DNA of 64,000 bases from Candidatus Latescibacterota bacterium. GTDB lineage: Bacteria; Latescibacterota; UBA2968; GCA-2709665. Each line of letters begins with the position of its first letter. Positions within the stretch are counted from its first letter, which is position 1. The notes below the pieces were generated by a model, which saw nothing but the letters and a program-made list of their open reading frames with translations, did no database searches and was not told where the DNA came from. A program made the translations under genes and the position numbers. This document shows, in pieces, positions 18,940 to 29,589 of the stretch. Location of the stretch: NCBI GenBank assembly GCA_965237675.1, contig OZ250150.1, positions 1,152,001 through 1,216,000 on the forward strand. The letters are read 5' to 3'.

Positions 18940-19218
18940 TTACTCAACTTCAGACTGGCGACATTGTAACGGGATATGGTGATCCTTGAAGCGGGCCAAC
19001 CACCAGTCCTTCAGCATGCGTGACTCAAATCCGTGGCCATCCTCGCCGGCTTTGAGCCTGCGCCCGAGTTCCCGGACAATGCTGGTTTTTCCCATCCGCC
19101 GCTGTCCGGTCAACAACACGTGGTTTCGGTCTCGGACGAGTGTTTCCAGTATTTGCAATTCACGATCACGGTTGAAAAAGTCATCGCCGCTAACCCAGCG
19201 GCCCGTGGATGAGTTCAT
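18940..19218 (-). pseudogene. Internally deleted ATPase (probable partner of the ATPase-TPR gene)
   Basis: FFNRDREL and Walker A GQRRMGKTS joined directly to a C-terminal-type FESRMLKDWW motif; only 92 aa; RBS AAGGAG. Confidence 0.65.
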
Positions 19219-19539
19219 TGTCCGCTCCTTAATTTTCGAATCCAATGAAAATATATTATACAACAAATTCGTTGTCAACCATTTTGTTGTATAATTCGAC
19301 AAGCCGATGAAATCGGCGCCGTTGAAAGTCGTAGGGGGCGCCCCTTGGGTCGTCCCTGCAAATGCGCCGAGGGAGCGGACTTTGATTGTATCGCCATTGG
19401 CTGACCGCTGTCATCCATGCGCCGCAGGTGCGCAAGCCTTGGATAAATAAAAACGACCCGCGGTGTCTGCACTGGTCGTAATGGTCGTATTCTTCATCCT
19501 GTGAATTCTGCCGCAGCCGCTACCTTCGCAGAGTCCTTT

Positions 19540-19760
19540 TTCGCTTTCTCCGAACCTGGATGGCGCGGAGCGCGATCAGGGCGCGACGTCTCTTGACTTG
19601 CCTGCCGAGGACATCGTTTCCATACAGGTTTTCGGCGATGACATTCAGGGGGCAACTGCCGTCTCCATGCTTTTCCAGTACGACACGCGCCAGGTTCTCT
19701 TCGATGGCTTCGACGTTGGCGGGATTATGACCAATGCCGTGGCGGTAACCCGGGAAAATA
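19540..19760 (+). pseudogene. Fragment of a secreted cohesin-like domain gene
   Basis: Frame reads LDGAERDQGATSLDLPAEDIVSIQVFGDDIQGATAVSMLFQYDTRQVLFDGF, with no proper start or end. Confidence 0.4.
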
Positions 19761-19810
19761 TGAAGCCAGCGGAGTCGCTGCGGCAGCAATCGATCACCCG
19801 TATCGCCATC

Positions 19811-22546
19811 TCAGTGCGCGTCGAGCCAGTTGGCCCCCGTTCCCATCTCCACGACAATGGGAACCTGCATCGGAATGGAGGTCCTCATCCCGTGTTCAAC
19901 GATTGGCGGGAGGACATCCCCTTCGTCTTTATGCATATCGAAAACCAGTTCGTCGTGAACCTGCAGCAGCATCCGGGACCTGAGACCTCGATCCAGAATC
20001 TCGCGATGGATGTGGCTCATTGCGAGTTTGATCATGTCCGCTGCCGTGCCCTGGATGCGCGAGTTAATGGCGTTTCGCTCTTCTCCCTTTCGGGTGGTGG
20101 CGTTGCGGGAGTTGATGTCGCGCAGGTAGCGGCGGCGGCCCGTGACCGTTTCCACGTAACCCTTTTCGCGTGCGAACTCGATGGTTTCATCCATGTAGGA
20201 TCTGATGCCCGGAAACTGATCGAAGTAATGGGCGATGAGGTCCGCGGCGTGCTTGCGTGAAATGTCCAGACGATCGGCAAGGCCGAACGCGGAAATGCCG
20301 TAGATGATGCCGAAGTTGACGGTTTTCGCGTGCCGCCGCATATCTTCGGTCGCCCCTTCGATGCCGTAGATTCTTTCAGCGGTCGCTGTGTGGATATCAC
20401 CGCCCTGTCTGAAAACTTCCATCAGGGCTTCGTCTCCGCTGAGTTCGGCGGCCACCCGGAGTTCGATCTGGGAGTAGTCGGCGGCAAGCAGCACGTGGTC
20501 TACGTCTCTGGGCACGAAGGCTTTTCGGACTTCCCGGCCCATTTCGGTGCGGATGGGGATGTTCTGCATGTTGGGGCCATGGGACTGCAGGCGGCCTGTG
20601 GCGGCAACCGCCGCTTCGTAGTTGGTATGGATGCGGCCGGTGGGTTTGAAGACCGATCCCGGCAACTGGTCGACGTAGGTCGATTTCAATTTCGTACACA
20701 TCCGGTAGAACATCACTTGTTCCACGATTTCATGTTTGTACGCCAGCCGTCGCAGAACCTGCTCCGTGGTCTGGTACTGTTTGGTCCTTGCAGTGCGCCG
20801 CGCATTCGGATCGAGTTTCAGTTTGTCGAAGAGAATGTCGCCCAGTTGCCTGGGGGAGTTGAGGTCGAAGTGTTCTCCCGCGAGTTGGAAGATCTGCTCC
20901 CTGGCCCGATCGATTTCACCAGAGAGACCCTTGGATAAATCTCGAAGCACGCCGGCTTCACACCGGATGCCTTCGTATTCCATTTCGACAAGGGCCGGAA
21001 TGAGCGGGCATTCCACGTCCCTGAACACCCGCACCTGGCCCATTTCTTCAAGCCGGGACCTCAGTATTTCGCTCAGCTGAAAGGTAATGTCCGCATCCTC
21101 AGCCGCATACTTGGTTACCTGGTCCAGGGGGACGTCTGTCAGGCTCAACTGGTCCTCGCCCTTTTCACCGATGAGATCGGAAATCGGAATGGGACGGTAT
21201 CCCAGCAGCGCTTCCGAAAGATAGTCCATGGTGCGGCGAAGGTCCGGCGTGGCCAGATACGCCGCAAGCATGGTGTCGAATAGCGGGCCTTTAACGTGAA
21301 AGCCCTTCCAGCGCAACACGCTGAGATCGAACTTCAGATGGTGGCCGATTTTTTCGATTTTCGGATTCTCCAGAACGGGGCGGAACGACTCGAGGATCGC
21401 GTTCGCCTCGTCGGGAACCTGGGGCAGTGGCACGTAATATCCGGTGTGCGCCCTGTAAGAGAAGGCCAGGCCGATCAGTTCGCAGGTCTTGGGATTCAGG
21501 CCGGTGGTTTCGATGTCGAAACAGAAGGCTTTTTGCTGGCTCAACGCGGCGATCAGGTCCCGGCGAGATTCGGCAGTGCCGACCCGTTTATAGTCGTGCT
21601 CGACGTCTTCGATGGTTCGGACGTCGCCTCCGCCCTCTTCGGTGGCAGCCATGGGACCGGCTTTGAACGTTTCGCCAAGCAGGCGCTGACCGAGGGTATT
21701 GAATTCGAGTTCGACAAACAGCGCCTTCAATTTTTCTTCGTCCCAATCGCCGCGTGCCAGGTCGTCCGGTTTGACTTCCAATGACACGTCACGAGCTATC
21801 GTAACCAGTTCCTTGGAAAGCAGCGCCTGTTCCCGGTTTTCTTCGATGCGTTCTTTCTGCTTTCCTTTGAGTTCGTCCACATGGTCAAGCAGGTTTTCGA
21901 TGCTACCATACTTTCCGATAAGTTTCTGCGCTGTCTTTTCCCCCACCCCCGGCACGCCGGGCACGTTGTCCGAACTGTCGCCCATGAGACCCAGGATGTC
22001 AATGACCTGTTCCACGCGTTCGATCTGCCACCTTTCCAGGATATCCTTCACGCCCTGAACTTCCACGTCGCCTGTGCGCCCGGGTTTACAGACAAAGGTG
22101 CTGTCCGAGACCAGTTGGCCGTAGTCCTTGTCGGGCGTGACCATATAGGTAACGAAACCGGCCTCCTCCGCCTGTTTCGCGAGCGTCCCGATCACGTCGT
22201 CCGCCTCCCACCCGGGGACCCTGACAACGGGCAGGTTAAACGCTTCACACAGGCGGAAGACATAGGGAAGCGCCATGCTGAGATCTTCCGGCATGGACTC
22301 ACGCTGCGCTTTGTATTCCGGGTACATCCTGTGCCTGTGGGTTGGCTCGGGTGTGTCGAACACAACGCCGATATGGGTAGGGTCCGCGTTGGCCAGAATA
22401 TCCAGCAGGGTGTTGGTGAGCACGAAGACGGTGGACGTATTCAGACCTGTGGAGGACATGCGGGGGTTGCGGATCATTGAGAAATGGGCCCGGTAAACCA
22501 GCGCCATTCCGTCCAGCAGGTAGAGCTTTTTGTCGGTATCGCTCAT
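19811..22546 (-). CDS. polA: DNA polymerase I
   Basis: LLDGMALVYRA, EADD, GDSSDNVPGVPGVGEKTA, FDIET, ADYSQIELR, KTVNFGIIYG, QVHDEL. Confidence 0.98.
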   Translation of the reverse strand: MSDTDKKLYLLDGMALVYRAHFSMIRNPRMSSTGLNTSTVFVLTNTLLDILANADPTHIGVVFDTPEPTHRHRMYPEYKAQRESMPEDLSMALPYVFRLCEAFNLPVVRVPGWEADDVIGTLAKQAEEAGFVTYMVTPDKDYGQLVSDSTFVCKPGRTGDVEVQGVKDILERWQIERVEQVIDILGLMGDSSDNVPGVPGVGEKTAQKLIGKYGSIENLLDHVDELKGKQKERIEENREQALLSKELVTIARDVSLEVKPDDLARGDWDEEKLKALFVELEFNTLGQRLLGETFKAGPMAATEEGGGDVRTIEDVEHDYKRVGTAESRRDLIAALSQQKAFCFDIETTGLNPKTCELIGLAFSYRAHTGYYVPLPQVPDEANAILESFRPVLENPKIEKIGHHLKFDLSVLRWKGFHVKGPLFDTMLAAYLATPDLRRTMDYLSEALLGYRPIPISDLIGEKGEDQLSLTDVPLDQVTKYAAEDADITFQLSEILRSRLEEMGQVRVFRDVECPLIPALVEMEYEGIRCEAGVLRDLSKGLSGEIDRAREQIFQLAGEHFDLNSPRQLGDILFDKLKLDPNARRTARTKQYQTTEQVLRRLAYKHEIVEQVMFYRMCTKLKSTYVDQLPGSVFKPTGRIHTNYEAAVAATGRLQSHGPNMQNIPIRTEMGREVRKAFVPRDVDHVLLAADYSQIELRVAAELSGDEALMEVFRQGGDIHTATAERIYGIEGATEDMRRHAKTVNFGIIYGISAFGLADRLDISRKHAADLIAHYFDQFPGIRSYMDETIEFAREKGYVETVTGRRRYLRDINSRNATTRKGEERNAINSRIQGTAADMIKLAMSHIHREILDRGLRSRMLLQVHDELVFDMHKDEGDVLPPIVEHGMRTSIPMQVPIVVEMGTGANWLDAH

Positions 22547-22691
22547 TACTTTCTCCCTACCCCCGGCTCCCGGAAAGGGAGCATAGCGGGGGTTTTCATT
22601 TTGCTTGCTAACGCCGCTTGCGCAGCCTACTTTATTGCGTTGATTGGCGAGGCCGTTGCGCGGTGACAGGACTTTCCCGTGGAGGATCTAA

Positions 22692-23813
22692 ATGGTGAAG
22701 TTTGAAAGACGCGATTTTCTCAAGAAGGCATCCGGTGCGGTTGCCGGCGGCGCCGCGGTTCTGGCGGGTTGCAGTCCGGCTCCGAGGGAAAAAGCGGATG
22801 CGCCCGCCGTGCATACCAATAAGAAATACGAATGGAAAATGGTAACGGCCTGGCCGCCGCATTTTCCCATTCTTGGCCAAGGCGCGGATTTGCTGGCCAA
22901 ATGGATCGGTGAAATGTCCGCCGGACAACTGAAAATTACCGTTTACGGCGGTGGCGAATTGATTCCGCCGCTCGAAGGTTTCGATGCCGTCACCCAGGGA
23001 ACCGTCGAGATGTGCCACGGCGCCGCATATTATTGGGCCGGCAAAGCGCCCGCGACGCAGTTTTTCGCGGCGGTTCCATTTGGAATGAATGGACAACAGC
23101 TCAATGCCTGGATCTACAGCGGTGGCGGGCTCGAGCTCTGGCAGGAGCTATACGCCCCGTTCAACCTTATCGCGATGCCGGTTGGCAATACCGGAGTTCA
23201 AATGGGCGGCTGGTATAATCGGGAAATGAACAATATCGCCGATTTCCAGGGCCTGAAAATGCGGATCCCGGGTCTGGGCGGCAAAGTAATCGCCAAGGCC
23301 GGCGGCTCCGCCGTGCTTTCGGCCGGCGGCGAAATCTACACCAACCTGGAACGGGGCGTCATCGATGCAACCGAATGGATCGGACCCTATCATGACTATT
23401 TGATGGGATTCTTCAGAGCGGCGAAATATTACTACTACCCGGGTTGGCACGAACCGGGTACCGCGCTTGAGCTGATCGTCAACAAGCTCGCTTTCGGCCA
23501 ACTGCCGTCCGAACTTCAGAGCATCGTGCAGGCGGCGGCTGCCCGCTCCAACGCGTGGATGCTCTCGGAATTCGAGGCCAAGAACTGTGTTTATCTGAAA
23601 AAACTCACCAAAGAACACAACGTTGAGTTGCGCAGGTTTTCGGACGAGGTCCTCAAAGCGTTACGTCGTTTCTCCACTGAAGTGGAAAACGAAGTCGCCG
23701 CAGCCGATCCGATGAGCAAAAAAGTATACGGTTCTTTTGATGCTTTTCGGCGAAACATCACCCCGTGGGCGGCGCTTTCGGAGAAGCTATATTATTCCAG
23801 TATAGGCGGTTAG
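22692..23813 (+). CDS. TRAP transporter substrate-binding protein (DctP/TakP-like) with a Tat/lipoprotein signal
   Basis: RRDFLK Tat motif, LAGC, WKMVTAWP, GNTGVQMGGW, GLKMRIPGLGG. Confidence 0.92.
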   Translation: MVKFERRDFLKKASGAVAGGAAVLAGCSPAPREKADAPAVHTNKKYEWKMVTAWPPHFPILGQGADLLAKWIGEMSAGQLKITVYGGGELIPPLEGFDAVTQGTVEMCHGAAYYWAGKAPATQFFAAVPFGMNGQQLNAWIYSGGGLELWQELYAPFNLIAMPVGNTGVQMGGWYNREMNNIADFQGLKMRIPGLGGKVIAKAGGSAVLSAGGEIYTNLERGVIDATEWIGPYHDYLMGFFRAAKYYYYPGWHEPGTALELIVNKLAFGQLPSELQSIVQAAAARSNAWMLSEFEAKNCVYLKKLTKEHNVELRRFSDEVLKALRRFSTEVENEVAAADPMSKKVYGSFDAFRRNITPWAALSEKLYYSSIGG

Positions 23814-23885
23814 AAATCATGCTGAACAGAAGTCGTGGCGCACGGGGACGCGGAAATCACGCGTCCCCTTTTTGTTGCGTTCCGA

Positions 23886-25205
23886 TCAGGACGCCAGGTA
23901 CCGGGGCAGCCACGTGGCCACTTCAGGAAACAGGATGACGAGAGTGAGGCCTATGAGTTGGACGATGATGAACGGTACGATGCCGCGATATATGTGGCCG
24001 GTCCGCACTTCGGGCGGCGCGACGCCTTTCAGGTAGAACAAGGAGAATCCGAACGGCGGGGTCAGGAATGATGTTTGCAGATTCATGGCTATGAGGATAC
24101 CCACCCAAAGAAGGTCCACACCCAGTTGTGCGAAGATGGGCGCGACAACCGGAACGATAATGAACGTGATTTCGATAAAATCGATAAAAAAACCGGCAAT
24201 GAAGATAACGACCATAACGATGGCAAGAAAGACGTGGGGCCCGGGGTCGACTTCCAGGATCAGCTGCGTGAGGTACGCGTCGCCGCGCAATCCCCGGAAA
24301 ACCAGGCCGAAGGTGGTGGCGCCAACCAGTATGATAAAGACCATACAGGTGAGGTGGGTGGTTTCCGCCATAACGGACCTGAGAGTCTTGAGCGAGAGTT
24401 TGCGCTTGCACAGCGTGAGTACGGTCGCGCCAAAGGCGCCCACGGCGGCTGCTTCGGTGGGGGAGGCGATACCGGCAAAGATGGAGCCGAGGACGGCCGT
24501 TATCAGAAGCCCGGGCAAGACAAAGGCGTGGATGGTCTGTTTGACTCGAACGGCGCCCACAAACCGGTCCAGTTCCTCTCTGGGCATCGCGGGCGCGAAT
24601 TCGGGTTTGGTGATGGCGATGATGACGATCCAGGCGAGGAACAGCGCCACAAGGCACAACCCGGGAATGACCGCGGCAATGAACATGTCTCCAATGGAGA
24701 TGTTCAGGATGCTGCCCAGCAACACCAGGACGATGCTGGGTGGAATGATCTGGCCGAGCGTCCCTGACGCGGAGATGATACCGGTGGCGAGTTCGGTGCG
24801 GTAGCCGCGTCTGAGCATGGTCGGCAGGCTCAGGAGACCCATGGTGACAACGGTTGCGCCCACAATGCCGGTGGAAGCGCCAAGAAGGGCGCCGACAACG
24901 ATTACGGAAATGGCAAGGCCGCCTCGCAGTCTGCCGAAGAGCAGGGCCATGGTTTCCAGAAGTTCCTCGGCAAGGCCGGATTTTTCGAGCATGACGCCCA
25001 TGTAGATGAAGAGAGGGACGGCGATGAGCACGTAGTTGGTCATCACGCCCCAGATGCGCAGGGGCAGCAGGTTGAAAAAATCGATGCCTAACGTGAGATA
25101 GCCCAGGATGAAGGACACGCCGCCCAGGGTGAATGCAACGGGGAAACCGAACAGGAGCAGCACAAACAAGACCCCGAACAGAATGAGCGGCATGGCTTCG
25201 ATCAT
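23886..25205 (-). CDS. TRAP transporter large permease (DctM)
   Basis: [31 protein letters not shown]. Confidence 0.93.
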   Translation of the reverse strand: MIEAMPLILFGVLFVLLLFGFPVAFTLGGVSFILGYLTLGIDFFNLLPLRIWGVMTNYVLIAVPLFIYMGVMLEKSGLAEELLETMALLFGRLRGGLAISVIVVGALLGASTGIVGATVVTMGLLSLPTMLRRGYRTELATGIISASGTLGQIIPPSIVLVLLGSILNISIGDMFIAAVIPGLCLVALFLAWIVIIAITKPEFAPAMPREELDRFVGAVRVKQTIHAFVLPGLLITAVLGSIFAGIASPTEAAAVGAFGATVLTLCKRKLSLKTLRSVMAETTHLTCMVFIILVGATTFGLVFRGLRGDAYLTQLILEVDPGPHVFLAIVMVVIFIAGFFIDFIEITFIIVPVVAPIFAQLGVDLLWVGILIAMNLQTSFLTPPFGFSLFYLKGVAPPEVRTGHIYRGIVPFIIVQLIGLTLVILFPEVATWLPRYLAS

Positions 25206-25831
25206 ACGTCCGCCCCCTGTTGTTCGGTTTCAGGGTCGATCGCCTGGCTGCCAGCGATTTTGAGCAGCGAATCAGAGGCCAGAGCGAGGCCCTGTATGGT
25301 CAGCAGGAAAAAGCCGACCGGAATGGCGGCTTTGAGGATGAACCGCGCGGGCAGTCCGCCGGGATCGGGTGAAACCTCCCCGATAACGTAGGCGCTAATG
25401 ACAAACGTGCGGGAACACCAGATGGCGACCAGGCAGAAGGGTATGAGAAACAGCAGACTCCCCGCGAAGTCCACGCATGCCCTGGTTTTCGCCGAGAAGC
25501 GATTGTAGAAGACATCCACACGCACATGCTTGCCATGTTTCAAAGTATAGGCCGCGCCTATCAGGAAAATGACGGCAAACAGATGCCATTCCAGTTCTTG
25601 CACCGCCACGAGGCTGCTTTTCAGCAGATAGCGCGTGAAGACGTCGTAACAGACAACAGCCACGAGGACCGTGGTGAGCCACGATACGGCGGCGCCGACG
25701 CGTTCATTCAACCGATTCGCAAAGCTGACGTAGGCACGCAGGAAATGCAAGGAAGGGATGCCCCGATAGCGGTTCAAAGCTGAAAAGCGGACCTGCCCGG
25801 CAGGGTCGTCAGGAAGTTGTTTTTGCGGCAT
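25202..25831 (-). CDS. TRAP transporter small permease (DctQ)
   Basis: [24 protein letters not shown]; 4 hydrophobic segments. Confidence 0.9.
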   Translation of the reverse strand: MPQKQLPDDPAGQVRFSALNRYRGIPSLHFLRAYVSFANRLNERVGAAVSWLTTVLVAVVCYDVFTRYLLKSSLVAVQELEWHLFAVIFLIGAAYTLKHGKHVRVDVFYNRFSAKTRACVDFAGSLLFLIPFCLVAIWCSRTFVISAYVIGEVSPDPGGLPARFILKAAIPVGFFLLTIQGLALASDSLLKIAGSQAIDPETEQQGADV

Positions 25832-26186
25832 AAACTAAGGACGGCCCCAGTTGTTTGCAATCAAAAAAACGTTGCCATCACAACATCTTTTCGTTTCCTT
25901 ACCGCGCGGGAACATACGTCCCGGGTGCTGTTTGCCGCTGAACTTCGCGTTTGCGGGACGGGTCCGCGCTTGCCCCGTTAGTGCATGCGTGGCCGCTTTG
26001 TGTTTGTTCGCACCCTGGTTATATTTGGCGGTAGAACGAAGGTATTGTGACTTCGAGCCTGGATGCGGCCATACAGGGACCTGAGACAAGGGCAGCGGCC
26101 AACGGGCTGGAATCGGCTTTCGTCAGGCGCCGTATTCCCGCCAGAACAGGAATTCGGATTCATGCGCGGTTGAGGAGCCCTCTGCG

Positions 26187-28043
26187 ATGCGAAACTTTGA
26201 TGGCATAACCCTGCTGGTCGCGTTTGTCTTCGCGACGGCGCCGGTTCACGCGCAGGAAAAAGCAACAGTGAACACGGCCTGGCCGGTGGACGGGGCGCGG
26301 CCGGGTGACCTCGTTGCGCTGGCCATCGTGGTGGAGATCGACGACGGATTTCATATCAATCCGGATCCGGCGCAGGTGGTGATCGTCGGCGACTTTGAAC
26401 CCTATCCGACGGACGTACGTATTCTTGAGGCGGCGAGTGGGCTGACGTTGGAAGCCGTTCGTTTCCCGAAACCGCATCCGATACAGGCCGATTACGCGGA
26501 CGGCGATCTGATGGTGTTCGAGGGCCGAACGGTGTTTTACCTGCCGATTAAGGTGGGCGAAGCGTTACAACCCGGATCCCAGCGGCTTGAACTGGAGGTG
26601 GAATACCAGGCTTGCGATGCGTTCACGTGTTTCATACCCAGAACGGTCGTGCTGGAGACGTCGCTGGCGATCGTGGACGCCAACCAACCGATAAACCGGA
26701 TAAATTCCGAGTTATTCGAAGGGTACGGTACGGCAGGCGCCGTTTCCGAGGGAAACGGGGTGCGCTTCGATCTGTTCGGCTGGACATTCTTCGTCGATAC
26801 GTCATCCGCGGTGGGATTGATCCTGCTTCTGGTCGTGGCTGCCGTCGGCGGCGGGTTGTTGAATCTGACGCCCTGCGTGCTTCCGGTGATACCCATCAAG
26901 ATTATCGGGCTGGCGCAGGCGTCGGAGAACCAGACGCGACGTCTTCTACTGGGCGCCGCGATGTCGCTCGGGGTGGTGGCTTTCTGGCTGGCGCTGGGGA
27001 CGATGATTGCGGGCATCAGCGGGTTTACAGCCACCAATCAGCTTTTTCAATATCCTACATTTACGATCCTGGTTGGGCTGGTCATCGCCGTCATGGCGGT
27101 TGGCATGTGCGGTCTGTTTTACATCCGATTGCCGCAGACCGTGTACCGATTCAATCCCGGGCAGGACAGCCTCACGGGTTCCTTCGGCTTCGGTATCATG
27201 ACGGCAGTGCTTTCCACGCCTTGCACGGCGCCCTTTATGGGGGCTGCCGCGGCGTGGGCGGCCACACAGTATCCGGCGACGACGCTGCTGACCTTTGCCT
27301 CGATCGGCGCCGGGATGGCCGCGCCCTACCTGGCGTTGTCGATCTTTCCGGCGCTCGCAAACCGGATGCCCCGTACGGGCCCGGCCAGCGAGTTGATCAA
27401 GCAGGTAATGGGACTGTTGATGCTGGCGGCGGCGGCCTATTTTGTGGGCGTCGGGCTGAGCGCGTTTGTCGTCACACCGCCAGACCCGCCGGGCAAGGAT
27501 TACTGGTGGGTTGTCATGGCTTTCGGCGCTGCTGCGGGATTCTGGCTGGTTTACGGAACCGTACGCATAACCGCGCGTTGGGGACGCCGCGCGGTTTTTG
27601 GCTGTCTCGGCGCGGCGCTTGTCGTTTTTTCCGCAGTCGGCGCCGTCCGGTTTACGGACAAAGGGCCGATCAATTGGATCTACTACACGCCCGCGCGGTT
27701 GGAAGAGGCACTTGAGGAGGGCCAGGTTGTGGTGATGGATTTTACCGCGGAGTGGTGTCTCAACTGCAAAGTACTGGAACACAACGTGCTGCAAAGTCCG
27801 GAAGTCGTGAAATTGTTGGCGCGGCCCGACGTGGCTGCAGTCAAGGTGGACATAACAGGCAATAACCCGCTTGGCAAGGAAAAGCTGCGAAAAACCGGCC
27901 GGTTGACCATCCCGCTGCTGGTGATCTATGCGCCCGACGGACGGGAGGTGTTCAAAAGCGATTTTTACACGGTTGAGCAAGTGGTAACGGCGGTGAATAG
28001 AGCCCGGAGAATGCTTGGATTCGGGATTCGGGCAACTCAGTGA
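26187..28043 (+). CDS. dsbD: DsbD-family thiol:disulfide interchange protein
   Basis: YQACDAFTC, LTPCVLP, TPCTAP, DFTAEWCLNC. Confidence 0.88.
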   Translation: MRNFDGITLLVAFVFATAPVHAQEKATVNTAWPVDGARPGDLVALAIVVEIDDGFHINPDPAQVVIVGDFEPYPTDVRILEAASGLTLEAVRFPKPHPIQADYADGDLMVFEGRTVFYLPIKVGEALQPGSQRLELEVEYQACDAFTCFIPRTVVLETSLAIVDANQPINRINSELFEGYGTAGAVSEGNGVRFDLFGWTFFVDTSSAVGLILLLVVAAVGGGLLNLTPCVLPVIPIKIIGLAQASENQTRRLLLGAAMSLGVVAFWLALGTMIAGISGFTATNQLFQYPTFTILVGLVIAVMAVGMCGLFYIRLPQTVYRFNPGQDSLTGSFGFGIMTAVLSTPCTAPFMGAAAAWAATQYPATTLLTFASIGAGMAAPYLALSIFPALANRMPRTGPASELIKQVMGLLMLAAAAYFVGVGLSAFVVTPPDPPGKDYWWVVMAFGAAAGFWLVYGTVRITARWGRRAVFGCLGAALVVFSAVGAVRFTDKGPINWIYYTPARLEEALEEGQVVVMDFTAEWCLNCKVLEHNVLQSPEVVKLLARPDVAAVKVDITGNNPLGKEKLRKTGRLTIPLLVIYAPDGREVFKSDFYTVEQVVTAVNRARRMLGFGIRATQ

Positions 28044-28069
28044 AGACCGGCGCAAGAGGAGGTTGAACG

Positions 28070-29503
28070 ATGGCCGCGACAAATCATCTTCTGACGGATG
28101 CGCAGATCCAGCGGTTTATTCTGGATGGCTACATTACGGTACAGACGGATGCAATCCCCGAGATACACGGCAAGATCTACGATGAAATCGAAACCGTATT
28201 CGAAAAAGAAGGCAATGTCGGCAACAATATTCTACCCCGCGTGCCCCGGATTCAGCAGGTGTTCGACCAGCCGGTGGTGCGGGGAGCGTTAACGAGCCTG
28301 CTCGGACCCGATTATATCCTGAATCCGCATCGGCACTGCCATCTGAATCCGCCGGGTAGCAGGGGGCAGAGTTGGCACAAGGACTGTTATGTCTTCGACC
28401 ACAATATTCGACATCCGCGCTTTCAGTGGCTGCTGGCGTTTTATTACCCACAGGATACCACGCGGGACATGGGGCCTTCGGGGGTGATTCCGGGCAAACA
28501 GAACTATAAGACCATTTCGAATGCCAATCCGGAAGATACACTTGAGCCGGGGTATCCCATTTGCGGTGATGCCGGTATCGTTACATTGATGCATTTCGAC
28601 TCGTGGCACCGGGCAAACCCCAACGTCAGCGATAAAAAAAGATACATGCTGAAATTTCAGTTTACGCGTTTGCGGGAGCCGCGGGCGCCAGCGTGGGACC
28701 ATCAGGAGGAATCCTGGATGCCCGCTGAAGAAGACGTCAATCCCGCCATTTCCCTGGATGTGTGGCGCTGGCTGCAAGGAAAGGCGGTCAACGGACGTTC
28801 AAAATCGATCGCGGGTGCGGAGGAGGAGGCGCTGTCCGACGAGGACGAGTGCGTGCGCGTAAACGCGGCCTATTCACTTGCGGAAGATGAAACGGCGATA
28901 CCACTCCTGGTAGATGCGATGCGCAAGGAGACGCTGGCTGCCATCGAGGAAACGACGGCAAAAACGGCGGACAACGCACATGGGACCAATCCAACCGCCG
29001 GTGCGGCCGCGCGGGCGTTGTCAACGATGGGAGAAACGGCGGTTCCCGCGTTGCTGGAGGCGCTCCAGGACGATCACTGGTGGATTCGTGCCATGGCAGC
29101 CGATGTGCTTGCCCGGATGGGCACGGCAGCGGATGCGGCGGTGCCCGACCTGGTCAGCAGGGTTTCCGACGATCACTGGTGGGTCCGGCGCAATGCTCTG
29201 GAGGCGCTCCGTTCAATGGGGGAAATTTCCGAGGATACCATGCCCACCGTGGTCCGGGCCGTGAAGGATCCGGACTACCGCGTGCGCCGCAACGCGGCGT
29301 TGGTGCTTTGCAACGTGGGAGAGGCGGGGGATCCGGCGGTGAATAACCTGATTGACATTCTGCACGATGAGAATCGCTACAACCGGTTTTATGCGGCGCT
29401 GGCCCTTAGACGCATTGGAACGCCCAGAGCCCGGAACGCGTTGCTGGACGCGCTGTTTACCGCACGGTGGTGTGCGGTGACGACGGCGGACGATCTGTAT
29501 TGA
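28070..29503 (+). CDS. Phytanoyl-CoA dioxygenase-family domain fused to HEAT repeats
   Basis: WHKD (HxD), MGPSGVIPG, SWHRA; repeated DDHWWVRRNA-type HEAT units. Confidence 0.85.
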   Translation: MAATNHLLTDAQIQRFILDGYITVQTDAIPEIHGKIYDEIETVFEKEGNVGNNILPRVPRIQQVFDQPVVRGALTSLLGPDYILNPHRHCHLNPPGSRGQSWHKDCYVFDHNIRHPRFQWLLAFYYPQDTTRDMGPSGVIPGKQNYKTISNANPEDTLEPGYPICGDAGIVTLMHFDSWHRANPNVSDKKRYMLKFQFTRLREPRAPAWDHQEESWMPAEEDVNPAISLDVWRWLQGKAVNGRSKSIAGAEEEALSDEDECVRVNAAYSLAEDETAIPLLVDAMRKETLAAIEETTAKTADNAHGTNPTAGAAARALSTMGETAVPALLEALQDDHWWIRAMAADVLARMGTAADAAVPDLVSRVSDDHWWVRRNALEALRSMGEISEDTMPTVVRAVKDPDYRVRRNAALVLCNVGEAGDPAVNNLIDILHDENRYNRFYAALALRRIGTPRARNALLDALFTARWCAVTTADDLY

Positions 29504-29589
29504 GTACTGTAAACGATATGGGACGGATTTGAGGCGTTCGAGCCGGTGCCCGTGTGCCGCTGTCGAGTCAAAAAACCGTAAGCGGTCGT

